This document shows, piece after piece, positions 12,601-27,080 of a stretch of DNA of 64,000 nt. Within the stretch, counting starts at the first letter, position 1; each line of letters starts with the position of its first letter. The stretch lies in contig OY740795.1 of assembly GCA_963514005.1 (NCBI GenBank), forward strand, positions 496,001-560,000. Direction: 5' to 3'. The notes under the pieces were generated by a model that saw only the letters and a program-made list of their open reading frames with translations, was not told the origin of the DNA and ran no database searches. Both the position numbers and the translations under genes were made by a program. This stretch comes from Raja brachyura (taxonomy: Eukaryota).

Positions 12601-12955
12601 CAGTGGCTTGCAAAAGTATTCATGCCCCTTGAACATTTCCCCATTTTGTCACGTTACAACCACAAACGTAAATGTATTATATTGGGATTTTATGTGATAG
12701 ACCGACACAAGGTAGTGTATCATTGTGATGTGGAAGGAAAATGATACATGGTTTCCAAATATTATTACAAATAAATAACTTAAAAGTGTGGCGTGCAAAA
12801 CTATTCTGCCCCCCGGAGTCAATACTTTGCAGAACCACCTTTCGCTGCATTTACAGCTGCAAGTCTTTTGGGGTATGTCTCTACCAGGTTTGCACATCTA
12901 GAGACTGAAAATGTTGCCCATTCTTCTTTGCAAAATAGCTCAAGCTCAGTCAGCT
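12601..12955. mobile_element. Tc1/mariner DNA transposon, one terminal fragment
   Basis: Begins TA|CAGTGGCTTGCAAAAGTATTCA, a typical Tc1 terminus with TA target; a related internal repeat gtgcaaaactattc lies at about 12795. Confidence 0.75.
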
Positions 12956-13769
12956 CAGTTATATCTGTAGACATTAATTAAAGCGGCATGTTTCGGTCAG
13001 TCCGAGTGCCCTGTGGTCAAGATGAAAGGTGCTTAGTATAAATGGATTCAGTCGTCTTGCAAATGCACATTTTGGAAGAACAGCCAGCGCCGTGGTGTCG
13101 CATTGCTCCCACATAACCGCCCCATTAATGTCCTCTGCCATCGTAAAATACTGATTGTCCCCTTTGCACAAAATAAAATCTGATAATCGTGTCCGGAAAA
13201 TCTCAGGTCCCTTTAATATTGCTGCCAGTAGTCCGAAAATAATCCTTCTGGTCAGTTGCGAAAAAAACATTGAGCAACACTTTTTTGTGTGTTTATTTTT
13301 GATGTGAGCGCAGCTGGACGCGACCGACGCGTTGATTTAAATAACTTCAGTGATAGAAGTCCCAGATTAGAAGACTTACAGACAGAAACAGCATCTAATT
13401 GTCCCTACCAATGTAGTACAGATTTGGGCCGTGGGTGATGCAAATGTTCAACCGATTCGAAAGCAGTGATAAATGTTTCAGATGGTTTTCTGCTCTTCAT
13501 TGATAATATAATGGATAATATATCCACGTTCACTTGAGCTAATGAAATCCAGGCCTCGTAGCTTGTGGAAACATTCGAAAGGCTGGAATATGGAATGGGG
13601 ACTTCCTTGACCCAGCGCTGTCTCGATACCAACTCACTCTTTTATTAAACTTCTCGTCACGTCTCCCAGAACTGGCAATACCCGAATATCAAGGTGAAGG
13701 AAAGGTCTGAGGATAGTGTGAGGCTGGAGATTTGTATCAACATGTAATATGTGTATTCAGTTATCGGGT

Positions 13770-14710
13770 GTAAGCAAGAGGAAGCCAGATAATTAGGACA
13801 TATTCAAAGGACAATAGAAGGAAACAAAACGGGCAACACGGACGGAAAATATAAAGTACGAGGGGAAGCTGGCCAGGAACATAATGAAGGACAGTAAAAG
13901 CTTCTTCAGATATGCTAAGGAAAAAATAATAGCGAAGTCAAACGTGGGTCCCTTGAAGGCAAACAGGGGTGAAATTATTATGAGGAACAAGGAAATGGCA
14001 GAAGAGTCGAACAGGTACTTCGTATCTGTCTTCACTATGGAAGACACAACCAATCACCCTGAAGTATTGGAGGGGAGAGGATCTAAGGGGTTGGGGGAAC
14101 TGAAAGAAATGTTCATTAGGCGAGAAATAGTATTGGGTAGGCTAAATGGACTGAAGGATGACAAATCGCCTGGGCCTGATGGTCTGCATCCCCTGGTCGT
14201 TGGGGTGAAGCTCCGGAAATAGTGGACGCATTGGTAATAATTTTTCAATGTTCAATAGAATCAGGATCATCTCCTGTTGATTGGAGGATAGCTAATGTTA
14301 TCCCACTTTTCAAGAACGGAGCGAGTGAGAAAACGAGAAATTACAGACCAGCTAGCCTGACTTCGGTGGTGGTAAATATGCTGGAGTAAATTATTAAAGA
14401 GGTAATAGTGGGGCATTTGCATAGCAGTAAAATATTTGCCCAAGTCAGCATAGATTTATGAAAGGAAAATCATGATTGACTGATCTTCTTGATATTTTTG
14501 AGGAGGGGACAATTAAAATGGATGAAGGGGAGCCAGTGAATGTAGTGTATATTATACATATTAATGATTTGGAAGAGGGAATTAGGAGCAACACTAGCAA
14601 ATTTGCGGATGACACAAAGCTGCCGATCAGCCATGATCACAATGAATGGCGGAGCTGGCTCGAAGGGCCGAATGGCCTCCTCCTGCACCTATTTTCTATG
14701 TTTCTGTGTG
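13770..14710 (+). mobile_element. CR1-clade LINE ORF2 fragment with internal deletions
   Basis: ORF 13884-14222 (KSPGPDGLHP) and SKFADDTKL fused directly to the 3' UTR. Confidence 0.88.
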
Positions 14711-14789
14711 TCTATGGAAGTAAAGTAGCGTGAAGCTGACACATCATGATCCTGGCCTGGTTGTGGTTGACGAGGCAGATCAACACTGA

Positions 14790-16370
14790 AACATAAAAAA
14801 TAGGTGCAATAATAGGCCATTCGGCCTTAAGAGTCACCACAGCCATTCAATGTGATCGTGGCTCATCATCCAAAATACCCCGTCCTTGCTTTTTTCCCCA
14901 GATCCATTGATTCCGTTAGCCATAGTGGCTATATATCTCTCTCTTGAAAACATCCAATGAATAGGCCTGCACTGCCTTCTGTGGTGAATAATTCCACAGA
15001 ATCACAATTCTCTGGGTGAAAAACGTTTTCCTCATCTCAGGAATAAATGACCTACACCCTAATCATAAAATTTGACCCCCTGGTTCTGGACTCCCCAAAC
15101 AAGGGGAACATTCCTGCATGTAGCCTGTTCAATCCCTTAAAACGTTATATATTTTTACAAGATCCCCTCTAATCCTTCTAAATTCCAATGAATACAAGCC
15201 CAGTCGACCCATTCTTCCATCATATGTCAGTACCGCCATCCTGTGAATTAATTTGAGGAACCAACGCTACAATCCCTCAATAGCAAGAGTGCCCTTCCTC
15301 ATATTGTGAGACGAAAACTGCACACAGTACTCCAGGTGCGGGCTCACCATGGCCCTGTACATTGCCGTCGGACCTCCTTGCTCCTAATCTCAAATCCTCT
15401 CTCAACGAAGGCCAACATGCCATTGGCTTTCTTCACTGCCTGCTCTGCCTGCATGCTTGCATTAAGTGATGGGTGTACAAGTACACCCAGATTTCGTTGA
15501 ACCTCCCCATTTCCTAACATGACACCATTCGGATAATAATCTGCCTTCCTGATCGTGCCACCAAAGTGGATTAACTCACCTTTACCCACTTTATACTGTA
15601 GCTGGCATGCATCCATCCAATCTCTCTAAGTCACCTTGCAGCCTCATGACATCCTCCTCTCAGTTCACTCGGCCACCTATCTTTGTCATCCGCAAACTTG
15701 GAGGTTTCATGTAATTCCCATCGTCTAATTAGATATTATAAATCCCAGCACTGTGCCTTGCGGCAACCCACTAGTCGCTCCCTGCCATTCTGAAAATGAC
15801 CCGTCAATTCCTACTCTTTTCTTCCTGTCAGCCAACCAGTTCTCTATCCGTGTCGATACCCTAACCCCAATACCATGTGCTCTAATTCCGCACACTAATC
15901 CCTTGCGTGGGACCTTTTGGGAAGTCCTGATATTCTTCATCCACATGCTCTGCCTTATCCATTCTACTTGTTACATCCTTAAAACATTCCAGAAGATTAG
16001 TCTGTCCCTGCGCATTTCATGCGAAAGAGCCGAGTGAACTTTTTCATCTGTTCTCGTTAACATAGAAACATAGAAACATAGAAATTAGGTGCAGGAGTAG
16101 GCCATTCGGCCCTTCGAGCCTGCACCGCCATTCAATATGATAATGGCTGATCATCCAACTCAGTATCCCGTACCTGCCTTCTCTCCATACCCTCTGATCC
16201 CCTTAGCCACAAGGGCCACATCTAACTCCCTCTTAAATATAGCCAATGAACTGGCCTCAACTACCCTCTGTGGCAGAGAGTTCCAGAGACCCACCACTCT
16301 GTGTGTGAAAAAATTCCTTCTCATCAGTCTGGTGAACCTTCTCCGCACTCCCTCTATGGCAATAATGTCC
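14790..16370 (-). mobile_element. CR1-clade LINE fragments (about 14790-16005 and 16060-16370)
   Basis: Minus ORFs with CR1 RT and C-terminal motifs; (CATAGAAA)n at 16061-16084. Confidence 0.88.
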
Positions 16371-16894
16371 TTAAGGTTAAGGAATATCCTCCCCTATAAT
16401 ATGCGTTGACAAAATAGTTGTGGGGGCTTTGCGCAGTATATTAGCAGTACAATCCTCTGCCCTTGTAGAATTTGAACGAACAATGTTTATGGAGATAACC
16501 ATGTATTTACCCGTGGTGTCTTTGCCCGCGTAGTGACACCAGCCAATATACCGATAATGCTTAGCTGTGATTAAGTGGTTAATCACAGCTAAGATTAAAT
16601 GGTTAAATGGTTAATTCACGGACGGATTCCATAGGTGCAAATAAATTGATTTTTGATTGAACTGTCATCGATGTTTGTTCGACAGACATTTTGTACCTTT
16701 CACGGTGGCATAAACATGGCGACACTTTGTGCACTGCCTAGATGAGGTCTGCTGCGCGATTTTACTAGATTGTATTAAAAAAAAACCTAAAAATCATCAT
16801 GGTACTTAGGTGCATGTGGCATTAAAATATAATTGAATAATTGAAAAACCGAATCATTGATTTTGTTGGATTGCCGTGCATTAATTTGCTAAAA

Positions 16895-18480
16895 GTGGGC
16901 CTGATGGTCCTCATCCCAGGGTCCTCAGGAAGGTGGCTCCAGAAATAGTGGACGCATCGGTGATCATTTTCCAATGTTCAATAGATTCAGGATCAGTTCC
17001 TGTGGATTGGAGGATACCTAATGTAATCGCACATTTCAAGAAAGGATCGAGAGAGAAAACGGGGAATTACAGACCAGTTAGCCTGACTTCGATGGTGGGA
17101 AAGATGCTGGAGTCAATTATTAACGAGGTAATAATGGGGCATTTGGATAGCAGTAAAAGGATTAGTCCAAGTCAACATGGATTTATGAAAGGGAAATCAT
17201 GATTGACTAATCTTCTGGAATTTTTTGACGATGTGACAAGTAAAATGGATCAAGGGGTGCCAGTTGATGTAGTGTATCTAGATTTTCAGAAAGCCTTTGA
17301 TAACGTCCCGTACGGGAGACTTGGACTAAAGTTAGAGCGTATGGTATTGGGGGTAGGGTGTTGACATGGATAGAAAATTGGTTGGCAGACCGGAAGCAAA
17401 GAGTAGGAGTGAACGGGTCCTTTTCAGAATGGCAGGCAGTGGAGAGCGGAGTGCCGCAAGGCTCTGTGTTGGGGCCGCAACTGTTTACCATATATATTAA
17501 TAATTTGGAAGAGGGAATTAGGAGCAACACTAGCAAGTTTGCGGAATACACAAAGCTGGGTGGCAGAGTGAACTGTGAAGAGGATGTTAGGAGTTTGCAG
17601 GTTGACCTGGACAGGGTGAGTGAGTAGCAGATGCGTGGCAGATGCAGTATAGTATAGATAAATATGAGGTTATCCACTTTTGGAGGCAAAAACAAGGGGG
17701 GAGATAATTATCTCAATGGGGTTAGTTTAGGTAAGGGGAGGTACAGCGAGACCCGGGTGTCCTTGTACACAGTTCACTGAAACTTGGCGTGCAGGTACAG
17801 CAGGTAGTGAAGAAAGCAAATGAATGTTGGCTTTCATAACAAGAGGACTTCAGTATAGGAGTAAGGAGGTTCTTCTGCAGTTCTGTAGGGCTCTGGTGAG
17901 ACCACATCTGGAGTATTGTGTACAGTTTTGGTCTGCGAATTTGAGGAAGGACATCCTTGTGATTGAGGCAGTGCAGCGTAGGTTCACGAGATTGATCCCT
18001 GGGATGGCGGGACTGTCATATGAGAAAAGATTGAACATACTAGGCTTGTATTCACTGGAGTTTAGAAGGATGAAGGGATTTTTATAGAAACATATACAAC
18101 TATAATAGGACTGGACAAGTTAGATGCAGGAAAAATGTTCCCAATGTTGGGCGAGTGCAGAACCAGGGTCCACAGTCTTACAGTAAAGGGGAGGTCATTT
18201 AAAACTGAGGTGAAAACAAACTTTTTCACCCGGAGAGTTGTGAATTTATGGAATTCCCTGCCACAGACGGAAGTGGAGGCCAAATCACTGGATGGATTTA
18301 AGAGAGAGTTTGATAGAGCTCTATTGGCTAGTGGAGTCAAGGGACATGGGGAGAAGGCAGACACGGGTTATTGATATGGGACGATCATCCATTATCACAA
18401 TAAATGGAGGTGCTGGCTCGGAGGGCCGAATGGCCTCCTCCTGCACCTAATTTCTGCGTTTCTGTGTTTCCATGTCTCTA
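16895..18480 (+). mobile_element. CR1-clade LINE, RT through 3' end
   Basis: ORFs 16933-17202, 17358-17627, 17824-18087 and 18135-18374 tile the RT domain and C-terminus. Confidence 0.92.
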
Positions 18481-18534
18481 AAACAAAACGAAATACACAA
18501 TACGCGGAGGAACACATGGATCGCAGCATTGGTC

Positions 18535-19040
18535 GATATAACCATATAACAATTACAGCACGGAAACAGGCCTTCTCGGCTCTTACAGTCCGTGCCGAAC
18601 ATTCATTTTCCCCTTGTCCCATCTACCTGCCCTCAGACCATACCCCTCCATTCCCACACCGTCCGTATACCTATCCAGTTTACTTTAAATGTTAAAATCG
18701 ATCCTGCCTCCACCACTTCTGCAGGAAGATCATTCCACACAGCCACCACTCTCTGAGTAAATAAGTTCCCCCTCATGTTACCCCTAAACTTCTGTCCCTT
18801 GATTCTCATGTCATGCCCTCTTGTTTGAATCTTCCCTCCCCTCAATGGGAAAATCTTATCCACGTCAACTCTGTCTATCCCTTTAATCATTTTAAAGACG
18901 TCAATCAAGTCCCCCCTTAACCTTCTGCGCTCCAATGAATAAATGCCTAACTTGTTCAACCTTTCTCTGTAACTTAGTTGCTGGAACCCAGGAAGCATTC
19001 TAGTAAATCTCCTCTGTACTCTCTCTATTTTGTTGATATA
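18535..19040 (-). mobile_element. CR1-clade LINE, second family, 3' end
   Basis: ORF 18633-18998 (-), LGIYSLERRRLRGDLI; same family as 2935-3855. Confidence 0.9.
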
Positions 19041-19919
19041 TTAAACGTCTGAGTGCTCTGGCTAAGGAACATGGAATCCAGACCTAGGCCGATCATGCCA
19101 GACACTTCATGCAGTCTGCTTCAGTGTGCAAAGGGATGCAATGTAGACATCTCTGGCGTTCGCTAAACTGGATGGAAACGCGCATCCATTCGGTATTTTA
19201 CTCTGTTTTACTGAGGTCACTATCTGTGTGATGTGTGGTTCGCAATCATACCCACTATATGAACTACCTTATATCTATGTGTCAGATAGTCTCTAAACAG
19301 ATACCATACAGAATGTCAGAGATATGGATGCCCACTGTTAACGTGAAAGCTAATCCCAATCAAACAGTAGCCGGAATATAAATGATCAGAATTGATTCTC
19401 TTGACAATTTAACCGAAATGATGCAAAATGTGACCAATAATATTAGTAGCTGGAAGTTTGTGAGATCTGTTGCTAGGTAGTTTTTTATTTTGTTAGTGGT
19501 AAATCACCATCAGAGTTGTCGGTGTTTGAGTAGCAGAATGAAAACGCTTCATTAATTTAGGAGCACGGTCGAAACAGATGTTTCCTTTCAGTCTTATGGT
19601 GAGTCACGTGTTTCCTTTCAGTTACTCTTGCCCACCGTTCACAATTAAATGATTTGTCATCGGCCACAGAAAATGTAGAAAAAGGGGGACAATCTGATTC
19701 GGCAGAAACTTAAGTGCATTCATTCCTTATGCTATTAGTCATTTTATCATTTATTCCATGCGCACTCTTGTGATAATAAGGAGCATCTGTGCAGAGCTAC
19801 ATAAAAACAAACGATTAGGAGGAAGTATGAGGCGTTAATACAGTTAATTTAGTTTTCCCCACTTTGATTTAATGGACAACTGTTGTCATGTAGACGAAAT
19901 GGGGAACATGATCGATACA

Positions 19920-20285
19920 AAAACATCGAAACATATAAACTCGGTGCAGGAGTAGGCCATTCGGCCCTTCGAGCCTGCACCGCCATTCAATATGATCATG
20001 GCTGATCATCCAACTCAGTATCCCGTACCTGCCTTCTCTCCATACCCTCTGATCCCCTTAGCCACAAGGGCCACATCTAACTCCCTCTTAAATATAGCCA
20101 ATGAACTGGCATCAACTACCCTCTGTGGCAGAGAGTTCCAGACACTCACCACTCTCTGTGTGAAAAAAGTCTTACTCATCTCGGTCTTAAAGGATTTCCC
20201 CCTTATCCTTAAGCTGTGACCCCTTGTCCTGGACTTCCCCAACATCGGGAACAATCTTACTGCATCTAGTCTGTCTAACCCCATA
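19920..20285 (-). mobile_element. Young CR1 3' end inserted in duplication copy 1 only
   Basis: ORF 20015-20284 (-); the paralog reads through uninterrupted at about 28070-28090. Confidence 0.85.
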
Positions 20286-20389
20286 AGTGTTGGTACCGAT
20301 TTGAAATAAATTTGATGTTACATAGGCAGACAAAAGTTAACATATGCATCGCATAAGCGAGCCGTTCTATCTCAGATTACAGGTTAGAA

Positions 20390-23130
20390 ACATAGAATCA
20401 TAGAAACATAGAAACTTAGAAATTAGGTGCAGACGTAGGCCATTCGGCCTTTCGAGCCAGGACCACCATTCAATATGATAATTGCTGATCATCCAAAATC
20501 AGTACCGCTTTTCAGATATTCCCCCCATATCCCTCGAATCCTTGAGTGCTAAATGCTAAATCTAGCTCTCTCTCAAAAACATCGAGTTACTTAGCCTCCC
20601 CTGCCTCCTCTGGTAGATAATGCCACAGATTCACACGTTTTAGGTGAAAACGGTTTTCCTCACCTCAGTCCTAAAAACCCTATCCCTTAATCGTAAACTA
20701 CGACCCTTTGTTCTGGACTCCCCAACATCGGGCACATTATGCCTGCATCTACACGGTCGAATCCTCAAAGGATTTTATATGTTTCTATAGTTAGAAAGAG
20801 AGCCTAGGGGCTCTAGATAGAGCTCTAGGGGCTAGTGGAGTCAAGGGATATGGGGAGAAGGCAGGCTCGGGTTATTGATAGGGGACGGTCAGTCATGATC
20901 ACAATGAACGGCGGTGCTGGCTCGAAGGTCCGAGAGGCCTCCTCCTGCATCTATTTTCTATGTTTCTATAAGATCCCCTCTCATCCTACGAAATTCCCGT
21001 GAATACAAACCCAGTCGCTGCATTTTTTCATCATCCGTTAATCCCGCCATCTCGGGCATTAACACGCTGAACCTATGCTGCAATCACTCAATAGCAATAA
21101 TGCGCTTCCTCACATTAGGAGATAGAAATGGCACACATTACTCCAGGTGCTCTCACCAGGGCTCTGTACAACTGCAGTAGAACCTCCTGCAGATAACTAA
21201 CAATCTGACCTGGTCGAATAACATCTCATCAACTGTTAAGAGAGCGCAGCAGCGGTTGCACTTTCTGCGCCGGATGAGAAGAGCTAATCTCCCCCATCCA
21301 ATCCTCACTACTTTCTACAGGGGCACCATAGAGAGTATTCTGACCAGCTGTATCTCTGTCTGGTTTGGGGACTGTAGAGCCTCCGACTGGAAGTCTGTGC
21401 AGAGAGTGGTGAGGACAGCGGAAAAAATCATCGGGACCTCTCTCCCCTCAATCGGGGATATTGCGACCAAACGCTGCGTGTCTAAGGCCAGCAGTATCAT
21501 AAAAGACCCCACACATCTCCATCACGGACTGTTCACTCTGCTGCCATCGGGAAAGAGATAACGCGGCATAAGGAGCAGAACATCAAGGTTCTGCAACAGC
21601 TTCTTCCCACGAGCCATCAGACTCCTGAATGCCATGTAATGGGCTGCCATCGTTGTCTATTTATCCTTTTATCCTTTTTATCCATGTTTATCCTTCTGTT
21701 AATTATCGTGTTGCACAGGGAGCCAAATGCAACGGAATTTCGTTTGGAACTGCATATATCGATGTATTTCTAAATGACAATAAAGTTTGTTTGACTTTTG
21801 ACTTGACTTGCTCCTAGACTCAAATCCTCTCGCTATGAAGGCCAAACATTTGCTTTCTTCACTGTATGCTGCACCCACATGCTTAGTTTCAGTGACTAAT
21901 GTACAGGGAACCAAGGTCTCGTTGCACTCCCCTTCTCCTAATCCGACACTATTCAGGAACCAATCTACCTTCTTGTTTTGCCACCAAAGTGGGTAACATC
22001 ACATGTATCTACATTATACTGCATCTGCCATGCTTCCTCCCACTCACCCAACCGCAGACCCATAGAATTTTCCTCGCAGCCCACACTGCCACCCAGCATT
22101 GTGTCACCCGGAAACTTGCAGTTGCGACATTTAATTCCATCGTCTAAATCGTTAATATATATTGTAAACAACGGGGATCCCTGCACCGAGCGTTGCGGCA
22201 CCCCACTAGTCACGGCCTGCCAGAAAACGACCCGTTAATTCCTACTCTTTATTTCCTGTCTGCAAACCAGCTCTGTCCACGTCAATACCCTACCACGAAT
22301 ACCACGTCCTCTAATTTTGCACACTAATGGCTTGTGTGCGACCTTGTCAAAGACTTTCTGCAAGTCCAGATAAAGCACATCTACAGCATCCCCCTTAGCC
22401 GTTGTACTTGTTACATCCTCAAAAAATTACAAGAGAATAATCAAGTATGATTTCCACTTCATAAATGCATGCTGACTTTGACCGATCCGGTCACTGCTTT
22501 CCAAATGCGCTGCTATAACATATTTACTAATCGACTCAAGCATCTTCCCCACTACAGATGAAAGGCTAACCAGTCTATAATTCCACGTTTTCTCCCTCCC
22601 TCCGTTCTTAAAAAAGGCTACTCGACAACCCACAGGAATGGACCCAGAATCGAGAAAAAAGTGCAACATTTTTACCAAAGCATCCGCGTTTGCTTCGGGC
22701 ACCTCCTTGAATACTCTGTGATGCAGATCTGGGAATTTATCTGTCTTCAATCCCCGTTGTTTACGCAACAACATTTCGTGACTAATATAGATTCCCTTCA
22801 GTTCCACCCTCCCAGTAGATCCTCGCTCCCCAATTTTTTTTATGGAGGATTGTTTGTGTCTTCCCTAGTGAAGACAGAAATAAAGTACTCGTTTAACTGG
22901 GGTGCCGTTTCATGTTTCCCATTATAAATTCGCCTGTTTCTGACTGTAAGGGGCCTACATTTGTCTTCACTGATCTCTTCCTCTTCACATATCTTGAAAA
23001 GTTGTTTTCAGTCAGTTGTTAAATTCCCCGCATGCTTTCTTTCATGCTTTCTTTGCCTCTGTTGAATTCCAAATATCTCCCAGTCCTTCGGTTTGCTGCA
23101 TCCTCTAGCCAATTTTAGAGCCTCTTTCTT
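20390..23130 (-). mobile_element. Old CR1-clade LINE interrupted by a Rex1-like insertion
   Basis: Minus ORFs 21965-22213 and 22427-22807 carry degenerate RT motifs; paralogous to 30740-34300. Confidence 0.85.
21189..21808 (+). mobile_element. Rex1/Babar-clade LINE 3' fragment
   Basis: ORF 21256-21561 LHFLRRMRRANL...FYRGTIESILTSCISVWFG...LLPSGKR; (TTGAC)n tail; absent from the paralog at about 31530. Confidence 0.85.
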
Positions 23131-23269
23131 GGATCATTATGATCCATCTGAGAATGTTATCAGGCGTAGAAGAGTGAGCAGTGCATGAGGAGTATTCATG
23201 AGAAATAAAGGAAATGGCCCGTTTCGCTATCTATCCGTCGTCGCCGCTTGTGAATATATTTAATTTAAA

Positions 23270-24480
23270 TTTTTGAGATGCCGCATGGAACCAGGCTCTT
23301 GTGCATAACGTGTCCACGGCGAAGATCGATCTGCCGTTCACACTAGTTATTTGTTATCCCACTTTCTCATCCACATCGAACATATTAATAGCAAAAACAC
23401 ACAGCCCACGCACAGACAGGTACATCTAAGGGATGTGGTGGGAAACTGACACAAATCTGGGTGGCAGTGAGAACTGTCAAGAGGATGTTAGGATGTTGCA
23501 GGGTGACCTGGACAGGTTGAGTGTGTGGGCAGACGCGTGTCAGATGCCGTATAATATCGATAAATGTAATGATATCCACTTTGGTGGCAATAAAAAGGGG
23601 GCATGTTATTATGTGCATGGGGTTAGGTTAGGTAAGGGGAGGTACAGCGAGACCTGGGAGTCCTTGTACACCGGTCACTGAATGTTGGCGTGCACGTACA
23701 GCAGGCAGTTCAGAAAGATAATGGTATGTTGGCATTCATAAGAAGAGGATTTCAGTACAGGAGTAGAGAGTTTCTTCTGCAGTTGTATAGGGCTCAGGTA
23801 AGACCAAATGTGGAGCATTGTGTACAGTTTTCGTCTCCTAATTTGAGAAAGGACATCCTTGTGATTGAGGCAGTGCAGCTTAGGTTCACGAGATTGATCC
23901 CTGAGAGGGCGGGACTCACATATGAGGAAAGATTGAAAATACTAGGCTTGTATTCTCTGGAGTTTAGAAGGGGGGAATCTTATAGAAACTTATAATATTA
24001 TAAAAGGACTGGACAAGCTAGATGCAGGAAAAATGTTCCAGATGTTGGGCGAGTCCAGAACCAAGGGCCACAGTCTTAGAATAAACTGGAGGCCATTTAA
24101 GACTGAGGTGAGAAAAAACGTTTTCACCCAGAGAGTTGTGAATCTGTGGAATTCCCCGCCACAGAGGGCAGTGGAGGCCACATCACTGGATGGATTGAAG
24201 AGAGATTTAGAAACAGCTCCAAGGGCTGGTGAAATCAGGGAATGTGGGGAGAAGGCAGGCACGGGTTATTGATTAGGGTGGCTCTAAGGGCTGAATGGCA
24301 TCCTACTGCACATATTTTCAATATTTCTAAGTTTCTATGAAACCGGAGCCCCCGGCGGAAATTTATGGTCACAGGGAGAATCTGCGATCTCCGCAGAGAC
24401 AGCTGCCGAGGTAAGGATCGAACCTGGATATCTGGAACTGTGTGGCAGCAGCTGTACCACCTGTGCTACTGTGCAGATTA
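23270..24480 (-). mobile_element. HE1-type SINE split by a plus-strand CR1 (about 23445-24340)
   Basis: SINE halves at about 23270-23440 and 24340-24480; CR1 ORFs 23433-24272 (+) lie between them; duplicated at 34510-35750. Confidence 0.7.
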
Positions 24481-25949
24481 GGGCAGGAGCAGGAGCATCA
24501 CACTAAATACACGTTTCCTGCGTTTTATAGTGTATTGAGGGATCTCGTCGCCGCATTCAACCAACGTTGCCTTCGTACCAGTGTATTTCATGGAGAGAGT
24601 CAAGTGAACCTTGTTATTGAGTCTCGTCAAGGGTTAACCTCCCCTATAATATTTGTTTGAAAAAAAGTTGCGGTGCTTTGCTCAGTATATTAGCAGTACA
24701 TTCCGCTGCTCTTGCAGAAGTTGAACGAACAATGTTTATGGAAATAACCGGTGTCATTACCAGTTAAGTTACTCCAGTGGATACACTGTCAATGCGCATC
24801 TGTGACTAAATGATTCAATCAAGGACGGATTCTGTGGGAGCAAATAAATTATCTTTTGACAGAACTGTCATCAATGTTTTTTTCAAAAGACATTTTGTAA
24901 CTTTCACGGCGGCAGAAACATGCCGACTATCTGTGCACTGCCGTGGTGAGGTTTGCTCAGGTACATGTAATCCAGACCCCCACAGATCATCCCAGATTTG
25001 TTTTACATGTTCATACACGCCTACATTATATCACCCAGTGACCTTCACGCAGAAGAGTTCACTTCAGGTGCTCTGCTTCGGTGTGCACAGGGATACAATG
25101 TGGACACCTCTGGCCTTCGCTAAACGGGAAGATAATGAGCATTCATTCAGTATTTTACTCTGTTTTACTCAAGTCACTATCTTTGTGGTGTGCGATTCAT
25201 AATCATACCTACTATACGAACTAACTCCTTATATCTGTGTCAGATAGTCTATAAACAGATTCCATACATAATCTGATACATTGTTGCCCACTGTTAACAG
25301 GAAAGTTAATCGCAATCAAACACAGTATCCGGGATATACATGATCAGAATTGATACTCTTGGCAATTTAATCGTAATGATGCATCATGTAACCAATACGA
25401 TTGGTCGCTGGAAGTTTGCGAGATCTGTTGCTAGGTTGATTTATATTTTGTTGGTTGTAATTCACCATCAGGGTGTTCAGTGTTTGTGTAGCAGGATGAA
25501 AACGCCTCATTAATTTAGCAGCACAGTCGACACAGGTGTTTCCTTTCAGTTACAAGGTGAGCTCTTGCCCGTCGTTCACAAGGACATGTTTTGTCATCGG
25601 CCACAGAAAATGTAGAAAAAGGGGGATAATCTGATTCGGCAGAAACTTAAGTGCATGAATTCCTTATGCTTTTAGTCATTTTATCATTTATTCCATGCGC
25701 ATTCTAATGATAATAAGGACCATCTGTGCAGAGCCACATGAATACAAACAATTAGATGGAAGTGTGAGGCGTTAATACATTTATTTTTCCACACTTTTAT
25801 TTAATGGACCACTGTGGTCTTGTATACGAAATGGAGAACATGTTCGAGATGTTACCGAATTAAAATTAATTTGATATTACATAGGCAGACAAAATAACAA
25901 AGATATATCACATGAGTGGGACTTACGATCTAAGACTACTGGTTAGAAA

Positions 25950-27080
25950 CAGAAACATAGAAACAAAGAAACGTAGAAATTGGGTGCAGGCGTAGGCCAT
26001 TGGGCCCATCGAGCCAGCACCACCATTCAATATGATCATTGCTAATCATCCAAAATCAGTAACACGTTACAGCGTTCCCCCCCATGTCCCTTGAATAATT
26101 TAGCTTTAAGAGCTAAATCTAACTCTCTCTTGAAAACATCCAGAGACTGTGCCTCCACTGAATCTTCTGTCAGTTAATTCCACAGATTGACAACTGGCTA
26201 GGTGAACACGTTTTTCCTCCCCTCAGTCCTAAATGGCCTATCCCTCAATCTTAAACTGTGAGCCCTGGTTCTGAACTCCCGAGCATCGGGAACATTATGC
26301 CTGCATCTACCCTCTCCAACCCTCTAAGAATTGTATACGTTTGTATCAGATCCCAACTCATCCTACTAAATTCCAGCGAATACAAAATCCAGTCGACGTA
26401 ATATTTCATCATACGTCAGTCCCTTCATCCAGGGAATTAACATGTTGAAACATGTTGCAATCACTCAATACCAAAATTATCGTTCCTCAAATTAGGAGAT
26501 TAAAATGGCACACAATATTCCAGGTGCGGTCTCAGCAGGGCTCTGTACAACTGCAGTAGGACCTCCTTGCTCCTCAACTCAAATCTTCTAGTTATAAAGG
26601 CCATCATGCAATTTGCTTTCTTCACTGTCTGCTGCACCTGCATGCTTACTTTCAGTGACATATGTACACGCACGGCCAGATTTCGTTGCACCTCATCTTC
26701 TCCTAATCTGACACCATTCAGTTAACAATCTACGTTCTTGATGTTGCCACCAAAGTGTATAACATCAGATTTATCCACATTTAAATGCATCTGCCATGGT
26801 TCTTCCTATTCACCCAACCTACACAGGTCACCCCGCAGCCCCATAGAATCCCTGGAATTCTCTGACACAGAAGGTAGTTGAGGCCAGTTCATTAGCTATA
26901 TTTAAGAGGGAGTTAGATATGGCCCTTGTGTCTAAGGGGATCAGGGGGTATGGAGAGAAGGCAGGTACGGGATACTGAGTTGGATGATCAGCCATGATCA
27001 TATTGTGTGGCGGTGCAGGCTCGAAGGGCCGAATGGACCACTCCTGCACCTATTTTCTATGTGTCTATGTTTCTATGTTT
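25950..27080 (-). mobile_element. CR1 (-) at about 25950-26850 joined to a CR1 3' end (+) at about 26850-27080
   Basis: ORF 26500-26691 (-); plus-strand 3' UTR with TTTCTATG tail at about 27053-27080. Confidence 0.85.

Larger units (their letters stand above)
19040..25950 (+). repeat. Segmental duplication, copy 1 (paralog about 27280-37150)
   Basis: Same ordered series in both blocks: non-TE unit, minus CR1 with an internal inverted piece, SINE split by a plus CR1, then a second non-TE unit. Confidence 0.85.
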
